Assembly (NCBI GenBank): GCA_051313645.2
Contig: JBNRSN020000005.1
Coordinates: 124,062,001 to 124,126,000 of the forward strand
Reading direction: 5' to 3'
Source of the DNA: Centroscyllium fabricii
Lineage: Eukaryota
Length of the DNA stretch: 64,000 nucleotides
Position 1 is the stretch's first letter. Every line of letters begins with the position of its first letter. Below are positions 60,740-64,000 of the stretch, piece by piece. A program made the position numbers and the translations under genes. Below the pieces are notes generated by a model, which worked only from the letters and a program-made list of their open reading frames with translations, did not search any database and was not told the DNA's origin.

Positions 60740-62600
60740 GGCCATCAGGACTGTCTATACCAGTTAAGTTCCCCACTGTCTTGAATTTCTTTGCAACTGG
60801 GTTATTCCAGGTAGCATCAGGTGACCTTTGCCACATTCATCAGGCAGCTGTTCACCATTGCATCAAGAAGGTCACTGATGTTCTATTCAGGAGGGCTGTT
60901 TAGCTCATATCCCTCCCAGTTGAACCAGAGAGGCGCAATGCTTCCACATGTGCAAAGAACAATTGACAGAATGCCTGTGCCACTGAAAGTATTATGACAT
61001 CCCCTTCAATTTTATGAACAGGAAAGACTTTCATTCTCTTAGCATCCAGCGAGTGTGTAACGCCAGCCACCTTACACTGTGTGTCACAGCCAGATACCCA
61101 AGAAGCTGTCATAATGCTTTCATCATCCAACAATCTACCAAAAGACTCAGCCATGGATCCAGATTACACCAACAAAATGTATTTATATAGCGCCTTTAAT
61201 ATACTAAAACGTCCCAAGGCGCTTCACAGGAGCGTTATCAGACAAAATTTGTCACTGAGCTACATAAGGTGATATTGGGACAGGTAAAAAGAGGTAGGTT
61301 TTAAGAAACGTCTTAAAGGAGGAGAGAAAGGTGGAGAAGTGGAAAGGTTTAGGGAGGTAATTCAGAGCTTAGGGTGTAGACAGCTGAAGGCACAGCTGCC
61401 AATGGAGGGGCAAAGGAAATCGGGGATGCTCAACAGGCCAAAACTGGAGGAGCGTAGTTCTCTCGGAAGGTTGCAGGGCTGAAGGAACTTACAGAGAGAG
61501 GGAGAGGCGAGGCCTTGGAGGGACTTGAAGACAAGGATGAGAATTTTAAAATCAAGGTGTTGCCGGACTGGGGGCCAATGTAAGTCAGCGAACACAGGGA
61601 TGATGGATGAACGGGACTTAATGCAACTTAGGACATGGCAGCTGAGTTTTGGATGAGCCCAAGTTTACAGAGGTTGCAAGATGGGAGGCCAACCAGGAGA
61701 GCATTGAAATAGTCAAGTCTAGAGGTAACAAAGGCATGGATGAGGGTTTCAGCAGCAGATGGGGTGAGGCAGGGGCAGAGACGGCGATATTTTGGAGGTG
61801 GAAGTAGGCGGTCTTAGTGATGGCGAGGATATGGGTTTGGAAGCTCAGCTCAGAGTCAAATAAGACGCCGAGGTTGCTAAGGCCTGGTTCAACCTCAGAC
61901 AGTGGCCACGGAGGGTAATGGAGTCAAAGGCTAGGGAACTGATTTTGTGGCTGGGGCCAAAGACAATGGCTTTGGTCTTCCAAATATTTAATGGGAGGAA
62001 AGTTCTGCTCATCCAGTACTGGATGTCAGACAAACAGTCTGATAAATAGGATGCAATCAAGGGCTCCAAAGTGGCGATGGTGAGGTAGAGCTGGATGTCA
62101 TCAGCGTACATATGGAATCTGACATTGTGTTTTCGTATGATGTCGTCAAGGGCCAGCATGTAGATGGAAAATAGGAGGGGCTGAAGGATAGGTCCTTCGG
62201 GGACTCCAAAGATAACGGTGCTGGAGTGTGAAGAGAAGTCATGGCAGCAGATTCTTTGGCTATGACTGAATAAATAAGAATAGAACCAGGCGAGGGCAGC
62301 CCCACAGAGTTTATTGGTGCTCAGAATTATCCTCTGCAGTCATTGCTTATGGCTCCAGTAAGGCTTCCATAGACAGAGAGGGACTATAGATATGATGAGC
62401 CCCTGGGACTACAAGAAGTTGAGCAGACTATAAAACTTTTCGAGTCCCATTGAGGTGCCTCGATTAATCTGGTAGAGCCCCGCAGGAATCTTAGAGATCA
62501 CTGTAGCTTACTGAGCTCTGCATAATATTATAATGAAGAGCGGCTTGCTACTTCTGGAAGCTGAAAGTGACGATGAAGAAGAGTTGGTAGAAGGAACTGT
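60740..62600 (+). pseudogene. Fossil PIF/Harbinger DDE transposase interrupted by an L2
   Basis: Manual translation: VLNFFATGLFQVASGDLCHIHQAAVHHCIKKVTDVLF (about 60778-60890); FMNRKDFHSLSIQRVC...ARYPRSCHNAFII (61011-61130); after the L2, YPLQSLLMAP, VEQTI, LRCLD*SG and ALHNI; all resemble HARBI1/Harbinger motifs. Confidence 0.8.
61168..62305 (-). mobile_element. L2 LINE 3' 1.1 kb
   Basis: FHMYADDIQLYL RT motif, FADLHWPPVRQHLDFKILILVFK, L2 3'UTR. Confidence 0.88.
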
Positions 62601-63457
62601 GTCCCCACAACGTGAGGAATGTGCACAGGAATGAGAGGATATGGAACAGGATAGCCAACAGCCTGGGAAAGGATGAACAATTGATAGCCTGGTGCTTTCA
62701 ATAAATAAATGTTGACTTGCCAAATAAAATCACTTCACACTTGTCTCTTTTCCCCCCACATCCTCTCAAAGTCCCTTACTGTCAAAGACTTCTGTCAAGT
62801 TCCTTCTTATAAGATAAAAGTCTACATTTCCCTGCTATCATTCAAACCCTCAAAAGTTGAAAACATCTGCATCAACAAACTCATTCTACGTGCACAAGGC
62901 ATGTTTATTTTACTGAACAACATTCACCAAAAAATCCCCAAACTCCCAATTACCCTTTCTACAATTAATTGTTAACACCATGTCTATCCTCTGTGCCAGC
63001 TAACTTACTTCTGTGTGCTCCTTAACTACTCCTCCAAGATGTTCCCTGAGTGAGATAAGGTTGAGCAGTGGGTGCCTTGGATGGTTCTCCTGGTGCGTTA
63101 AAAGCTAAAATGGCTCTTGTCTCAGGTAAACTGTTGTCCCAGAGGGACCAGCTTCCAGAAACCATTCTGTTGTTGTGTTAAAGGACCTCAGGCGCATGTC
63201 TGAAGCTCCCTCATATACCCATGGAGGAGGCCTTAACAAAGCAGGTCAATGCCGCTCTCTGTAGAGACAGAGACATCTCTGCTCACTCTGTGCAGTTCAC
63301 TGGTTCTGGTTACAGGCTCAGAGATGCTACTGATCTGTGTCATTAAAACTAAATAGTCCTAACCAGGTCTTGGAAGTCATATTCAAGTGAGGCATTCATG
63401 CGAACTGTCAATACATCATTTGAGCTGTTATTCTGGCATCGCAATGCTGCAGAAATC

Positions 63458-63822
63458 TCATAGAAACATAGAAGATAGGTGCAGGAGTAGGCCATTCGGC
63501 CCCTCGAGCCTGCTCCACCATTCAATGCGATCGTGGCTGATCATCCAAATTCAGTACCCTGTCCCTGCTTTCTCCCCATATCTCTTGAACCCTTTAGCCT
63601 TAAGAAATCTATCCAACTCTTTCTTGAATATATTTAATGAACTGGCCTCCACCGCCCTCTGTGACAGAGAATTCCACAGGTTCACCACTCTCTGGGTGAA
63701 GAAATTCCCACTCATCTCAGTCCTAAATGGCTTACCCCTTATCCTTAGACTATGACCCCTGGTTTTGGACTCCCCGGCCATCGGGAACATCCTTCCTGTA
63801 TCTAGTCTGTCTAGGCCTGACA
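63458..63822 (-). mobile_element. CR1 LINE 3' end
   Basis: FPMAGESKTRGHSLRIRGKPFRTEMSGNFFTQRVVNLWNSL; tail reads CATAGAAACATAGAAGATAGG on the plus strand. Confidence 0.9.
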
Positions 63823-63956
63823 GAATGGATAAATCTGGCTCATTACTAAATCTAATATGGCATGCCCCCTTGTTGCCTCTAGGACATATTGTTGCAGAAA
63901 ACTATCCCGGAAACATTGAAGAAGTTTACTACCTTTTTGACATGTGCTAGTCTGCT

Positions 63957-64000
63957 TATTTTTTTTATTCGTTCCTGGGATCTGAGCGTCGCTGGCAAGA
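63957..64000 (-). mobile_element. 3' tail of a CR1-group LINE (same family as 48915)
   Basis: TTATTCGTTCCTGGGATCTGAGCGTCGCTGGCAAG resembles 48922-48952. Confidence 0.5.

Overview
Eukaryotic genomic DNA from a cartilaginous fish, most likely a shark (HE1-type V-SINE, Deu-domain SINEs, shark-type CR1/L2 and Penelope remnants). The window holds the 5' end of BCL11A on the minus strand: promoter/5'UTR at about 37.5-37.7 kb, coding exon 1 (37432-37486), a 4.6-kb intron 1 with a CpG island, coding exon 2 (32504-32836, C2HC ZnF0) and more than 32 kb of intron 2 running off the left edge. About 25 kb around the promoter (about 21.1-46.2 kb) has no TE that I can recognise. Both flanks are dense with nested TEs: a full-length, recently inserted Ty3/Gypsy element (49831-54691), a 5'-truncated Ty3/Gypsy element, a solo LTR, a Penelope insertion with inverted pseudo-LTRs and hammerhead remnants, a fossil Harbinger transposase, MITEs, SINEs and LINE fragments. 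The strongest lead is the full-length Gypsy element. It has no tRNA primer-binding site; that position instead holds a 13-nt sequence complementary to its own LTR poly(A)-signal region. It also has a YLDN RT active site and a 45-bp-periodic YY1-motif array. Other leads are an overlapping uORF and a hairpin in the BCL11A 5'UTR, and a candidate poison exon in intron 1. Most ORFs in the supplied track are spurious. Comparisons with known genes and TE families are from memory; no database searches were run.
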